Virus record (IMG/VR): IMGVR_UViG_3300044695_001846
Coordinates: 1 to 64,000 of that record
DNA length: 64,000 nt
Origin: a virus
Lineage: Duplodnaviria; Caudoviricetes
Direction: 5' to 3' (one strand)
Shown: piece by piece, positions 9,715 through 18,082 of the stretch
Position numbering within the stretch: the stretch's first letter is position 1
Layout of the letters: every line of letters starts with the position of its first letter
Made by a program: the position numbers and the translations under genes
The notes under the pieces: model-generated
Databases searched by the model: none
Seen by the model: the letters and a program-made list of their open reading frames with translations, nothing else
What the model was told of the DNA's origin: nothing

Positions 9715-10758
9715 ATGAGATTAAGGAATATTGGATCAGTTGCAGGATCAACGCTAAAAATATTTAGAGATACCTTTAATAGAGCTAACCAAACTGGTAT
9801 TGGAACATCCTCTGATGGATCAACATGGAATATAATTAGAGGTTCTTTTAATATTACTTCCAATAAAGCAGATGGTCAAACTCCAGCAAATTATCCATTA
9901 GCTTCAGTTGATATGCCAAAAGAAGAAGTCACCATTAGCTTAAGTGGTGTTACGCAAGGTTCAACTGCAGCACTATGGGTTACAGATAGTGGAAACTGGT
10001 TTGGAGTTGGAATTGATCAAGAAACTATAAGCTGTAATTGTCAAACATGTACAACTCCTGGAAACTGTGCTTCAACTAACTATCAGTGCAATTCAGGAGA
10101 TTATCCATGTACTGTAGCCAACTATGCTTGTAATGTTGCTAACTATGCATGTAATGGTGGAAGCTATTTCTGCGATGTTGTTGGAAATAGATTCTGTAGA
10201 TCCTATACTACTCCTTGTAACATGATGAGTACGCCATTTAGTCCATGCACTGCTTGGTCTAGAGTATGTAATGGTGGATATAATACTGGAAACTGCAATG
10301 GTTCAAACTCTATGTTTACATGCAATGTTTATGCTTGGACATGTAATGCATACGCTTGGACATGTAATACTTGGGCTTTTAACTGTAATTCAGCTTCATA
10401 TCCATGTGCTTCTTTTAATGCAGCTACTTTTTATACATGCAATTGTCAAACATGCTATCCTCAATATATTAGATTTATACAATCTGTTGCAAACACAATT
10501 ACACAGTTAACCAGCTGGACAGTTGCAAGTGTTATTCAATCTTTTAAGGTAATTATATCTTCTATAAATCCAGCAAAAACTTCTGGAACTGCTACAATTA
10601 AACCTTATTCAGATACTAATCTTTCTACACAAATTGGATCAGATTTAACTTATACCCCAACTGGAGTTGCAATTAATGCAAAATATGGTATAATGATTAA
10701 GCCTTCAAGTTATTCTCAAGGAACAACCATTGATGAAATAACTATAGAGACCAACTAG
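9715..10758 (+). CDS. Putative virion/receptor-binding protein with a 22-Cys insert in a beta-sandwich-like domain
   Basis: N-terminal DTFNRAN...GTSSDGSTW motif; central Cys repeat, mostly 7-residue spacing, flanked by CNCQTC; first gene after promoter GGTATAAT. Confidence 0.55.
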   Translation: MRLRNIGSVAGSTLKIFRDTFNRANQTGIGTSSDGSTWNIIRGSFNITSNKADGQTPANYPLASVDMPKEEVTISLSGVTQGSTAALWVTDSGNWFGVGIDQETISCNCQTCTTPGNCASTNYQCNSGDYPCTVANYACNVANYACNGGSYFCDVVGNRFCRSYTTPCNMMSTPFSPCTAWSRVCNGGYNTGNCNGSNSMFTCNVYAWTCNAYAWTCNTWAFNCNSASYPCASFNAATFYTCNCQTCYPQYIRFIQSVANTITQLTSWTVASVIQSFKVIISSINPAKTSGTATIKPYSDTNLSTQIGSDLTYTPTGVAINAKYGIMIKPSSYSQGTTIDEITIETN

Positions 10759-10768
10759 GAGAACTTTT

Positions 10769-11029
10769 ATGACAGAACAAAATGATCTACCAGATGTTCC
10801 AGATTTAGTTGCACCAAAGCATGATGTGACTGCATTTCCTTATGATATTGCCGTAATTATTGATGATACTGTTTTTCAAATAATGAATGTTGATGGTCAA
10901 CAGGCTGCACAGTTTTTATCCCAGCCAAGATTTGTAAGAATTCTTCCTGGAGATCTTGCTAAAATTGGTTGGAAATATATTGACGGAAAATTTTCTTATC
11001 CAGGTGAATCTAATATAGAAGGATTCTAG
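10769..11029 (+). CDS. Small hypothetical protein (paralogue of 11749-12072)
   Basis: AVIIDDTVFQIM...AAQFLSQP...IGWKY; GGAG RBS. Confidence 0.7.
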   Translation: MTEQNDLPDVPDLVAPKHDVTAFPYDIAVIIDDTVFQIMNVDGQQAAQFLSQPRFVRILPGDLAKIGWKYIDGKFSYPGESNIEGF

Positions 11030-11041
11030 TAGGGGCGTATT

Positions 11042-11749
11042 TTGAAACTAATACATTTTATATGCTCAGAATCAATGGAAATTGGTAAGCCAGATTTAAT
11101 TAAAAAATTTATTCCTGAATGGTATAAAAAAGCGGAAACACATTTTTCTTCAGAAGAAGATTTGGCTATTGAAGAAGGAACTCAAAAAACAAGTGCTGGG
11201 CTAAAAACTTGTGTTCCATTTTTAGATGCAATGATATCTGGGTATGCATTAGTTGTGCCATTTGATATATATGTTGGAAAAACTAAAGATGGAGATCTTG
11301 ACATGAAGTGGAATGCTCCACAAGGTTGGGAAAATTTTGTTGAAGAAAGACCAAAAGAGTCTGGATCCACAATGCCAAGACCAGCAGGACATGCACCCAA
11401 TCATATGGTTTGGTCAGGTAGATGGGGTATTAAGGTTCCAAGAGGATACAGCGTTTTGGTGACTCATCCTTTAAATAGACAAGACTTGCCTTTTACAACA
11501 TCTTCTGCAATAATGGATAGCGATAAGTTTTTTGGAAATGGAAACATTCCATTCTTTATAAAAGAAGATTTTGTAGGAGTTATAGAAAAAGGAACTCCTT
11601 TTGCTCAAATTATTCCAATTAAAAGAAAGAGATGGAAAATGATTCATAACTCTGCTTTAAAAGATGCTATTCAAAAGCATGGACACGATGTTAGAAAAAA
11701 AGAAGGAACTTATAAGAAAAAATATTGGACTAGGAAGGAATATTTTTAA
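11042..11749 (+). CDS. dUTPase-fold-like (DUF6065-like) protein with CVP motif, paralogue 1
   Basis: KTCVPFLDAMISGY...IKVPRGYSVLVTHP...IMDSD...IEKGTPFAQIIP; TTG start. Confidence 0.55.
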   Translation: MKLIHFICSESMEIGKPDLIKKFIPEWYKKAETHFSSEEDLAIEEGTQKTSAGLKTCVPFLDAMISGYALVVPFDIYVGKTKDGDLDMKWNAPQGWENFVEERPKESGSTMPRPAGHAPNHMVWSGRWGIKVPRGYSVLVTHPLNRQDLPFTTSSAIMDSDKFFGNGNIPFFIKEDFVGVIEKGTPFAQIIPIKRKRWKMIHNSALKDAIQKHGHDVRKKEGTYKKKYWTRKEYF

Positions 11750-12072
11750 TGTCAGGTAGTCACGATCATAGTGAAAATATAAGAGTTTTAACTACTAGGG
11801 AAATTGTTAGAGACTTTTTTACTAGAAGAAGAAAATATCGTAGTAAAATTTCTTTAGATTCAAATGCTATTCCACCAGCCCCACCAGAGTCTAAGATAAA
11901 TTATTTAGCAATTATTTTAGATGGAGAAGTTCAGGAAATTATGAGAGCACAAAATAGATTAGCTGCCTTACTCTTAAGTCAGCCACTAATTGTAGAATTT
12001 GATCCTGAACAGGTTAAGCCAAATATTGGATGGTCTTATAAAGAAGAAGAATTTTCTCAATATGGGGAATAA
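11749..12072 (+). CDS. Small hypothetical protein (paralogue of 10769-11029)
   Basis: AIILDGEVQEIM...AALLLSQP...IGWSY; translationally coupled. Confidence 0.7.
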   Translation: MSGSHDHSENIRVLTTREIVRDFFTRRRKYRSKISLDSNAIPPAPPESKINYLAIILDGEVQEIMRAQNRLAALLLSQPLIVEFDPEQVKPNIGWSYKEEEFSQYGE

Positions 12073-12724
12073 GATTATTACATTTACATCTTGTGTTCCA
12101 GAAATAGATGTACCCCATCCTTTTCCAGCTAGTAGGCTTGTTCCAGAATGGTATAGAAAATTGCCAGGTGCTGCAGATAAGATAGAAACAGTTAAGAAAT
12201 GTGTTCCAGTCTTAGATGCCCTAACCTCTGGATATATGATTACTTTGCCTGTAGATGTTCACTTTAATGGAGAAGAAAGATCTTTCTGGTATGACTCTCC
12301 TTTTGAAATTAATTCTAATCACTACTTATCGCAGACACAGGGGGTTGATATTGGAGATGAATTCCATGAACAACCACATAAATGGATTAATCAATGGCTA
12401 ATTGAAACTCCAAAAGGATATAGCTGTTTATTTATTCATCCGTTAAATAGAGCAGATCTTCCCTTTAAATCTTTTACTGGAATTGTTGATACAGACAAGC
12501 ATCCAATTATAATTAATTTTCCATTTGTTATGAAAAAAGATTTTTCTGGAGTTATCCCAGCAGGGACTCCAATAATTCAAATTATCCCATTTAAAAGAGA
12601 TGATTGGTCTATGAATGTAGTTGATGATAAACAATTTAAAGAACATCCAGAAGCTCATGAAGTAGAGAATCCACCATTTAACTGGTATAAAAGAAGATGG
12701 TGGACCAGAAAGACTTATACATAA
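12062..12724 (+). CDS. dUTPase-fold-like (DUF6065-like) protein with CVP motif, paralogue 2
   Basis: KKCVPVLDALTSGY...ETPKGYSCLFIHP...GIVDTD...IPAGTPIIQIIP; ATG 12062 preferred over the track start. Confidence 0.55.
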   Translation: MGNKIITFTSCVPEIDVPHPFPASRLVPEWYRKLPGAADKIETVKKCVPVLDALTSGYMITLPVDVHFNGEERSFWYDSPFEINSNHYLSQTQGVDIGDEFHEQPHKWINQWLIETPKGYSCLFIHPLNRADLPFKSFTGIVDTDKHPIIINFPFVMKKDFSGVIPAGTPIIQIIPFKRDDWSMNVVDDKQFKEHPEAHEVENPPFNWYKRRWWTRKTYT

Positions 12725-13689
12725 TGGAAAGCATTTATATTGCCATCCCTTCAATGGCTGATACTGAAACAAGTGCCACTATAAAAAATGCCATAGAATC
12801 TGCAGAATATCCAGATAGAGTTTTTATTGGAGTTTCTTTTAAAGACTTGAATAAAAAAGAGTATAAGAGAGTGCTTTCTCTAAAAGAAAAGTATCCAAAT
12901 ATTTCTGTAGAGTTTATAAAACTTAAAAAAAGAAAAGTTTCAGAGTATGGCACTGGAGATGGTAGATTTAGAGCACAGCAAATGTACTCTAATCAAGATT
13001 ATATGCTTCAGGTAGATTCTCACACCTATTTTGATAAAAACTGGGATTCTTATTTAATAAAACTATTTAAAGAATTTAAAAATCAAAGCAACATAGAAAA
13101 GTTTGTTTTAACTTCATACATTCCATACTATTCATACCAGCCAGAAAGATCTAGACACCCTGGAGAGTTTTCTTTACCAAGATACCCTCATTTAATTGTT
13201 GATGATTTTTTCTTAAGGTATTTGCCAAAATGGGATGATAATCCAATTCCAGAAAATTCTAAATTAGACAAGTTTGTTCCATGTGTAAAATTTAACGGAG
13301 CCTTTGCTTTTGGAGATAAAAACTTTGTCAACAATACTGGTGTATTCAAAGATGCAATATTTTATGATGAAGAGTTAATTCAAAGCATTAATTTGATTGG
13401 AAATGATTTTGCTTTGGTATTTTTGAATATAAAAGATTTTCCAATAGCACACCTATACTCTGAAGATATAAATGAATTTGGTGGAGAAAGAACATATTTT
13501 GGAGACCTTCTGAGTGCAAGAAAACAAGAAGAGGTTGCAGACAAAGCAATATCTAACTACTTAAACTTTATAGCAAATCCAGAAAACAAAGAGCTAGTTG
13601 CAAAATATGAAAAATATGCTAAAATGGATTGTAGACGTGGACCGCTTTTAAGCAACTATATCCCAAAAGATTTTATTGTTAAGGAATGA
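12724..13689 (+). CDS. Glycosyltransferase, GT60-like (Skp1-hydroxyproline GlcNAc-transferase family)
   Basis: SIYIAIPSMADTET..TI..A...A.YPDRVFIGV and YMLQVDSHTYFDKNWD (DSH motif); start coupled at TAATG 12724. Confidence 0.7.
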   Translation: MESIYIAIPSMADTETSATIKNAIESAEYPDRVFIGVSFKDLNKKEYKRVLSLKEKYPNISVEFIKLKKRKVSEYGTGDGRFRAQQMYSNQDYMLQVDSHTYFDKNWDSYLIKLFKEFKNQSNIEKFVLTSYIPYYSYQPERSRHPGEFSLPRYPHLIVDDFFLRYLPKWDDNPIPENSKLDKFVPCVKFNGAFAFGDKNFVNNTGVFKDAIFYDEELIQSINLIGNDFALVFLNIKDFPIAHLYSEDINEFGGERTYFGDLLSARKQEEVADKAISNYLNFIANPENKELVAKYEKYAKMDCRRGPLLSNYIPKDFIVKE

Positions 13690-13690
13690 T

Positions 13691-14002
13691 ATGAACGATT
13701 TGCCAGAAGTGCCAGATTTAGTATATCCAAAACCAACTGAGGATGTTTCAAAAAAAACAAAGAGACCAGTAAGACCTTGGGACATATTTAATAAAAACAT
13801 TGAAAAAGTAGTTGATAATGTTCAGCAAGAAAGAATGTCTATATGCCTACAGTGTCCTAGATTAATAAAAGCAACCAGGCAATGCAAAGAGTGTGGATGT
13901 TTTATGGACGCAAAAACCAAACTTTTTGATGCAGAATGTCCATTAGGAAAATGGAATAACGTAGTGGTCAGTGTAGACCAGTTTGATTATAAAAAGGATT
14001 AA
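13691..14002 (+). CDS. Small Cys-rich metal-binding protein (DUF6171-like)
   Basis: RMSICLQC...QCKECGCFM..KT....CPLGKW; AAGGA RBS before ATG 13691. Confidence 0.65.
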   Translation: MNDLPEVPDLVYPKPTEDVSKKTKRPVRPWDIFNKNIEKVVDNVQQERMSICLQCPRLIKATRQCKECGCFMDAKTKLFDAECPLGKWNNVVVSVDQFDYKKD

Positions 14003-14005
14003 GAC

Positions 14006-14752
14006 ATGGTTGATGTAAAGCTAATAACTGGAGATGCAACAAACCTGTCCTTTATTGAAAGTAACTCAATAGATTTAATTATTGCAGCACCCCCATTCAT
14101 TAATAGAGATTCTACTGGATATGGTGGAGATCCAAAGAAACAAATAAACTTTAATTCTAAAAAAATGTTAAAGCTTCTTTTAAAAAGTACAAAAGAAATG
14201 GAAAGAGTTTTAAAGCCAACTGGAAGTATTTGGATTGAAATTTCTCCAGAAGATGCTTTAATGCATAGATATATCGTTGAGGTTTTGGATAAAACAAATT
14301 TAAAGAATCCTAACACAATTGTTCATAAAGTTTTAGATGATGAAAGTAAGTCTAATATAGATGAGGTAATTTATAAAGATTGGTTTTTATGGTTTCATCT
14401 TGTAAAAGATGTTAATAACTTTTATTCTAATCCGTTTAAAGTAAAAAAATTTAGAGATCCTGTCTGGTATTTAAACAATACAAATAGAGAAGATTTAGTT
14501 GATAAAACATTAAAGCTTACTTATCCTAAAATTATTAATTATACTGTTGTAAAAGATATTCCAGAAAGGTTTATAGAAATGTACACCAAGGAAAAGGCTG
14601 TAGTTCTAGACCCGTTTGGTGGAAGTGGAACTGTTGCTGCTGTAGCATATAGTATGAATAGAAATGGAATAAGCGTTGACGTTTCTGAAGAACAAACAGA
14701 CGTGGCTAGAAAAAGAATAGATTTAGTAAAGGCTATGGAAAAAGATGTTTAA
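14006..14752 (+). CDS. N4/N6 DNA methyltransferase-like protein (beta class) with atypical catalytic motif
   Basis: SIDLIIAAPPF at motif IV position; VLDPFGGSGT SAM-binding motif. Confidence 0.7.
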   Translation: MVDVKLITGDATNLSFIESNSIDLIIAAPPFINRDSTGYGGDPKKQINFNSKKMLKLLLKSTKEMERVLKPTGSIWIEISPEDALMHRYIVEVLDKTNLKNPNTIVHKVLDDESKSNIDEVIYKDWFLWFHLVKDVNNFYSNPFKVKKFRDPVWYLNNTNREDLVDKTLKLTYPKIINYTVVKDIPERFIEMYTKEKAVVLDPFGGSGTVAAVAYSMNRNGISVDVSEEQTDVARKRIDLVKAMEKDV

Positions 14753-15470
14753 TAAAAAATATATAGAGATAAGTAGAATTTCAGACTCCTCTGTTTTTGA
14801 AATAATCCCAAATAAGGTTAAAAGAAAATGGATGGATAAAACAGATGGAAATGCTTATCAGTGCGTTCCAATGAATGTTGCAAATTCTTACGGATGGACA
14901 GTTCTTTCTCCAGGAAGGTTTTCCGCAACTTGGGATGGTGGAGACGCTAAGCATTCTTTAAGAGTTGAACTTGAAAGAGATAGTCCTTTTAGATTTGCAG
15001 CTTCAGAATTTGGACACGGAATACTTTCAATAGTCCCAGACTTTATAGTAAGAACATCAAAGAATGTTTCATTGTATGTTAGAGGTATTCCAAATCAGAT
15101 AGCAATAGGTTTACAGCCTTTTGATGGAATAGTTGAAACAGACTGGCTTCCTTTTACCTTTACCTTTAACTATAAATTTGTTAAACCTGGTAAGTTAACA
15201 ATTGAAAAAGATCAGCCTCTATTTACCTTTTTTCCAATTGAAAGAGGGTACATAGAAAGTTTTGAAACAAGAGAATCTTTTCTATATAAAGATAAAGAGT
15301 TCTACGAAGACTATTTAAAGTATTCAGATCTTAGAGAATTGCAACAGTCTGGAAAGCCAGTAAAAGATTCTGGAGCATATTTAAAGGGTAGGCTTGAAGA
15401 CAAAGAGTTTGATATACTTAATCACACTAAAAAGGTAAGCCTTAAAGGGTTTAAGAAAGAAGAAGAATGA
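14745..15470 (+). CDS. DUF6065-like protein with CVP motif, paralogue 3
   Basis: RKWMD....AYQCVPMNVANSYGW...GIVETDWLPFTFTFNY...IEKDQPLFTFFP. Confidence 0.6.
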   Translation: MFNKKYIEISRISDSSVFEIIPNKVKRKWMDKTDGNAYQCVPMNVANSYGWTVLSPGRFSATWDGGDAKHSLRVELERDSPFRFAASEFGHGILSIVPDFIVRTSKNVSLYVRGIPNQIAIGLQPFDGIVETDWLPFTFTFNYKFVKPGKLTIEKDQPLFTFFPIERGYIESFETRESFLYKDKEFYEDYLKYSDLRELQQSGKPVKDSGAYLKGRLEDKEFDILNHTKKVSLKGFKKEEE

Positions 15471-16378
15471 TGCCAAGATATCTTATAACAGGTGGTCCAG
15501 GTTCGCTAGGAAAAGAAATTTGCAAGAGCCTTTTGAACCTTTGTGACACTAAAGAGATTATTATGTTTTCTAGAAATGAAACTAAGCAGTTTGAATCTTC
15601 TATGTCTATTAATGATGACAGAGTTAAGTATGTAGTTGGAGACATAAAAAACTATGACTCTCTATTTACCATAATGAAAGGTGTAGACTATGTTTTTCAT
15701 GCTGCAGCTTTAAAGCACATAGATTTGGCAGAAAAATCTCCAGATGAAACTATTAAAATAAATGTTTTAGGAACAAGTAATGTTGTAAATGCAGCAATTC
15801 AAAATGGAGTAAAGAAGGTACTACTCGTATCAACAGACAAGTCTTGTATTCCAACAAGTATCTATGGAGTCAGTAAACTTTTGTCTGAAAGGAATGTAAT
15901 ACTTTCTAATGGACTTTCTGATACAAAATTTTCTGTAGTAAGGTTCGGCAACTTAATTGGAAGCAATGGATCAATTTTTCAAAAATGGAAAATTATAAAA
16001 GATAGTGATCAAAGAATTACTGTAACTCATAAAGATATGACAAGATTTTTTATTAGAAGTTCTGAAGCTGCTATGTGGTCTGTTAAATTTATTAAGGAAA
16101 TGGTTGGCGGAGAACTTTTTGTTCCTAAAATGAAGAGTGCAAACGTTTATGATATTGCTAAGTCTTTTGTATCTGAGTCTCAAATAGATATAACTGGAAC
16201 TAGGTCTGGAGAAAAGCTTGATGAGGATATCCTGTCTAGCCTGGAACTTGGCACAGTAGAAGATCTTGGAGAATTTTTTATTTTGCACAATGATAATAAG
16301 GTTAACAATTTTTCATATAATAGTAAAAATAATAAATACTGGTATTCTGGAAAAGAAATAGAAAGTTTTTTTGATTAG
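15467..16378 (+). CDS. UDP-GlcNAc 4,6-dehydratase-like SDR (PseB/FlaA1/CapD family)
   Basis: LITGGPGSLG, HAAALKH, STDK, YGVSK, VRFGNLIGSNGS, MTRFF, GEKL.E motifs. Confidence 0.85.
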   Translation: MMPRYLITGGPGSLGKEICKSLLNLCDTKEIIMFSRNETKQFESSMSINDDRVKYVVGDIKNYDSLFTIMKGVDYVFHAAALKHIDLAEKSPDETIKINVLGTSNVVNAAIQNGVKKVLLVSTDKSCIPTSIYGVSKLLSERNVILSNGLSDTKFSVVRFGNLIGSNGSIFQKWKIIKDSDQRITVTHKDMTRFFIRSSEAAMWSVKFIKEMVGGELFVPKMKSANVYDIAKSFVSESQIDITGTRSGEKLDEDILSSLELGTVEDLGEFFILHNDNKVNNFSYNSKNNKYWYSGKEIESFFD

Positions 16379-16386
16379 GAGGAAGT

Positions 16387-16524
16387 ATGATTAGCAAAAG
16401 ATTTTCAGTTGTAAGTGCATGTAACTTGTGCTTAGAAACAATCTCAAAGTTTATTAGCAAGCCAAAAGAGGATAGTAAAAAGAATCCAAACTGCAAGTGC
16501 AAACAATGTAAATGCTCTAAATAA
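16387..16524 (+). CDS. 45-aa Cys/Lys-rich peptide, metallothionein-like (not in ORF track)
   Basis: Strong AGGAGG RBS at 16377-16382; MISKRFSVVSACNLCLETISKFISKPKEDSKKNPNCKCKQCKCSK. Confidence 0.55.
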   Translation: MISKRFSVVSACNLCLETISKFISKPKEDSKKNPNCKCKQCKCSK

Positions 16525-16535
16525 AAGGAATTTAA

Positions 16536-16946
16536 ATGAACGAAGTAGTTTTAGTAGATATTGATGGTACTGTCGCTAATATGGTAAATAGAAGTCCTTA
16601 TGAGTACGATAAAGTTGGGTCAGACTTGCCAAATAAAGATGTTATAAATGTTGTTGAATGTTTGTGGAAGTCTAGCAAAACTATAATTTATATAACTGGT
16701 CGTGAAGATTCTTGTTATGAGGAAACTTATAAATGGCTAGTTGAAAATTGCCCACCCTTTTCTAATTTGTATATGCGTAAAACTGGAGACTATAGAAAAG
16801 ATGTAGAAATAAAAAAAGAGATTTATGACAATAATATTAAAAACGTGTTTGACGTATTGTGCGTATTAGATGATCGTAAATCAGTGGTTGACATGTGGAG
16901 AAGTTTGGGGCTAACCTGCTTGCAAGTTAATGACGGAGATTTTTAA
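16536..16946 (+). CDS. HAD phosphatase (polynucleotide kinase/PseT 3'-phosphatase-like domain)
   Basis: VDIDGT, ITGR, MRKTGDYRKD..IK, LDDR...VDMWRSLGL.C.QV..GDF. Confidence 0.85.
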   Translation: MNEVVLVDIDGTVANMVNRSPYEYDKVGSDLPNKDVINVVECLWKSSKTIIYITGREDSCYEETYKWLVENCPPFSNLYMRKTGDYRKDVEIKKEIYDNNIKNVFDVLCVLDDRKSVVDMWRSLGLTCLQVNDGDF

Positions 16947-17656
16947 TGTATAGTGGAAAAAAAATACATCATTTTTATCACATAGGATCTTCGGGACAGT
17001 GGCTTCAACCACTTTCTGAACATATCCATGCTTTAAAAAGATATGGGCTTTTAGATATACTAGATAGCTTAAATTTTGGAATTATTGGATTGCATGAAAA
17101 TAGAAAAGCTGTAAAAGAATACTTAAGCAGTCAGCTTGATAATTTTAACATTGTTGCAGAAGCTGACGAAGGTTGGGAGCAAGTTACCTTAAAGCCTCTT
17201 TATGAATTTGCTTTAAAAAATGACGGTTATATTTTTTATGCTCATACAAAAGCCTCAAACAATCATAATCTTTATGGGGTAAAGCACAGAAGATCAATGA
17301 CCTATTTTAACATCGTAAACTGGAAAGATTGTGTAGAAAAATTAGATGAAGGTTATACCCTAGCTGGAGTTCATTATTGTCAAATGTATTTATTAAAAGA
17401 TGCCTATGGAAATGAATTAGACCTTCCAGGAGAAACTAGATATGAATACACAAAAAAATATGATGGGTTTTACTTAGGCAATTTTTGGTGGGCTACATCT
17501 AATGGAATAAAAACTTTAAATCCTTGTAAAAATGAGTATAGGCAAGATGCTGAGTTTTGGATAGCTCAAATAAAAATAGAAGATAAGGCAGCCTATGACT
17601 TTCATCCTATAAATAATCTTGTAGAACATGAAGATCAGTTTGTAACTAAATGGTAA
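16946..17656 (+). CDS. Putative glycosyltransferase-like protein
   Basis: HFYHI...EQVTL...FYAHTK...GNFWWA pattern seen in phage/giant-virus sugar-modification clusters; located in a glycosylation-gene cluster. Confidence 0.45.
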   Translation: MYSGKKIHHFYHIGSSGQWLQPLSEHIHALKRYGLLDILDSLNFGIIGLHENRKAVKEYLSSQLDNFNIVAEADEGWEQVTLKPLYEFALKNDGYIFYAHTKASNNHNLYGVKHRRSMTYFNIVNWKDCVEKLDEGYTLAGVHYCQMYLLKDAYGNELDLPGETRYEYTKKYDGFYLGNFWWATSNGIKTLNPCKNEYRQDAEFWIAQIKIEDKAAYDFHPINNLVEHEDQFVTKW

Positions 17657-17689
17657 AAACTCTACATTCTATACAAAATATACTAAACA

Positions 17690-17698
17690 TGGTATAAT
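17690..17698 (+). promoter_or_regulatory. Extended -10 promoter TGGTATAAT
   Basis: Intergenic, upstream of AAAGGTG RBS and ATG 17717. Confidence 0.7.
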
Positions 17699-17716
17699 AT
17701 TGAAAGGTGATTAACT

Positions 17717-18079
17717 ATGGCATTTCCAGGTACATATAATTTTAACTATTACAATGGAGACTCTTTTGAGTTCTTTGTTTATCCTAAAACCTCTAATGGT
17801 CAAGTTTTTGATAATTTAGGAAATTACTCTGCAAAATTTACAATTGCTACCGCCAGAGGTTCTGAAGAAGCTATAGTTTTATCATCAACTGCAAGTACAC
17901 AGATGTTGGCAACAATTGAAGATGATGACCACGTTGTTTGTGAAATATTACCTGCAGGTGGAGCAACTTTGCAAAGCTCATCTTATGTTTATGACGTTCA
18001 AATACAAAACGCAGGTACTGGAAAAGTTTATACTTTATTAACTGGAACAATATCTGTTACTCAGGATATAGCAGGATAA
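17717..18079 (+). CDS. Virion adaptor protein (BppU-like, paralogue of 4026-4379)
   Basis: PGTYNF..Y.GDSF...YVYDVQI...TLLTGTISVTQDI. Confidence 0.6.
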   Translation: MAFPGTYNFNYYNGDSFEFFVYPKTSNGQVFDNLGNYSAKFTIATARGSEEAIVLSSTASTQMLATIEDDDHVVCEILPAGGATLQSSSYVYDVQIQNAGTGKVYTLLTGTISVTQDIAG

Positions 18080-18082
18080 AAA

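Noticed and set aside
10033-10455. Diversity-generating retroelement target or template repeat in the Cys-rich or fibre genes
   Set aside because: No reverse transcriptase in the window and no adenine-specific mismatched repeat pair seen
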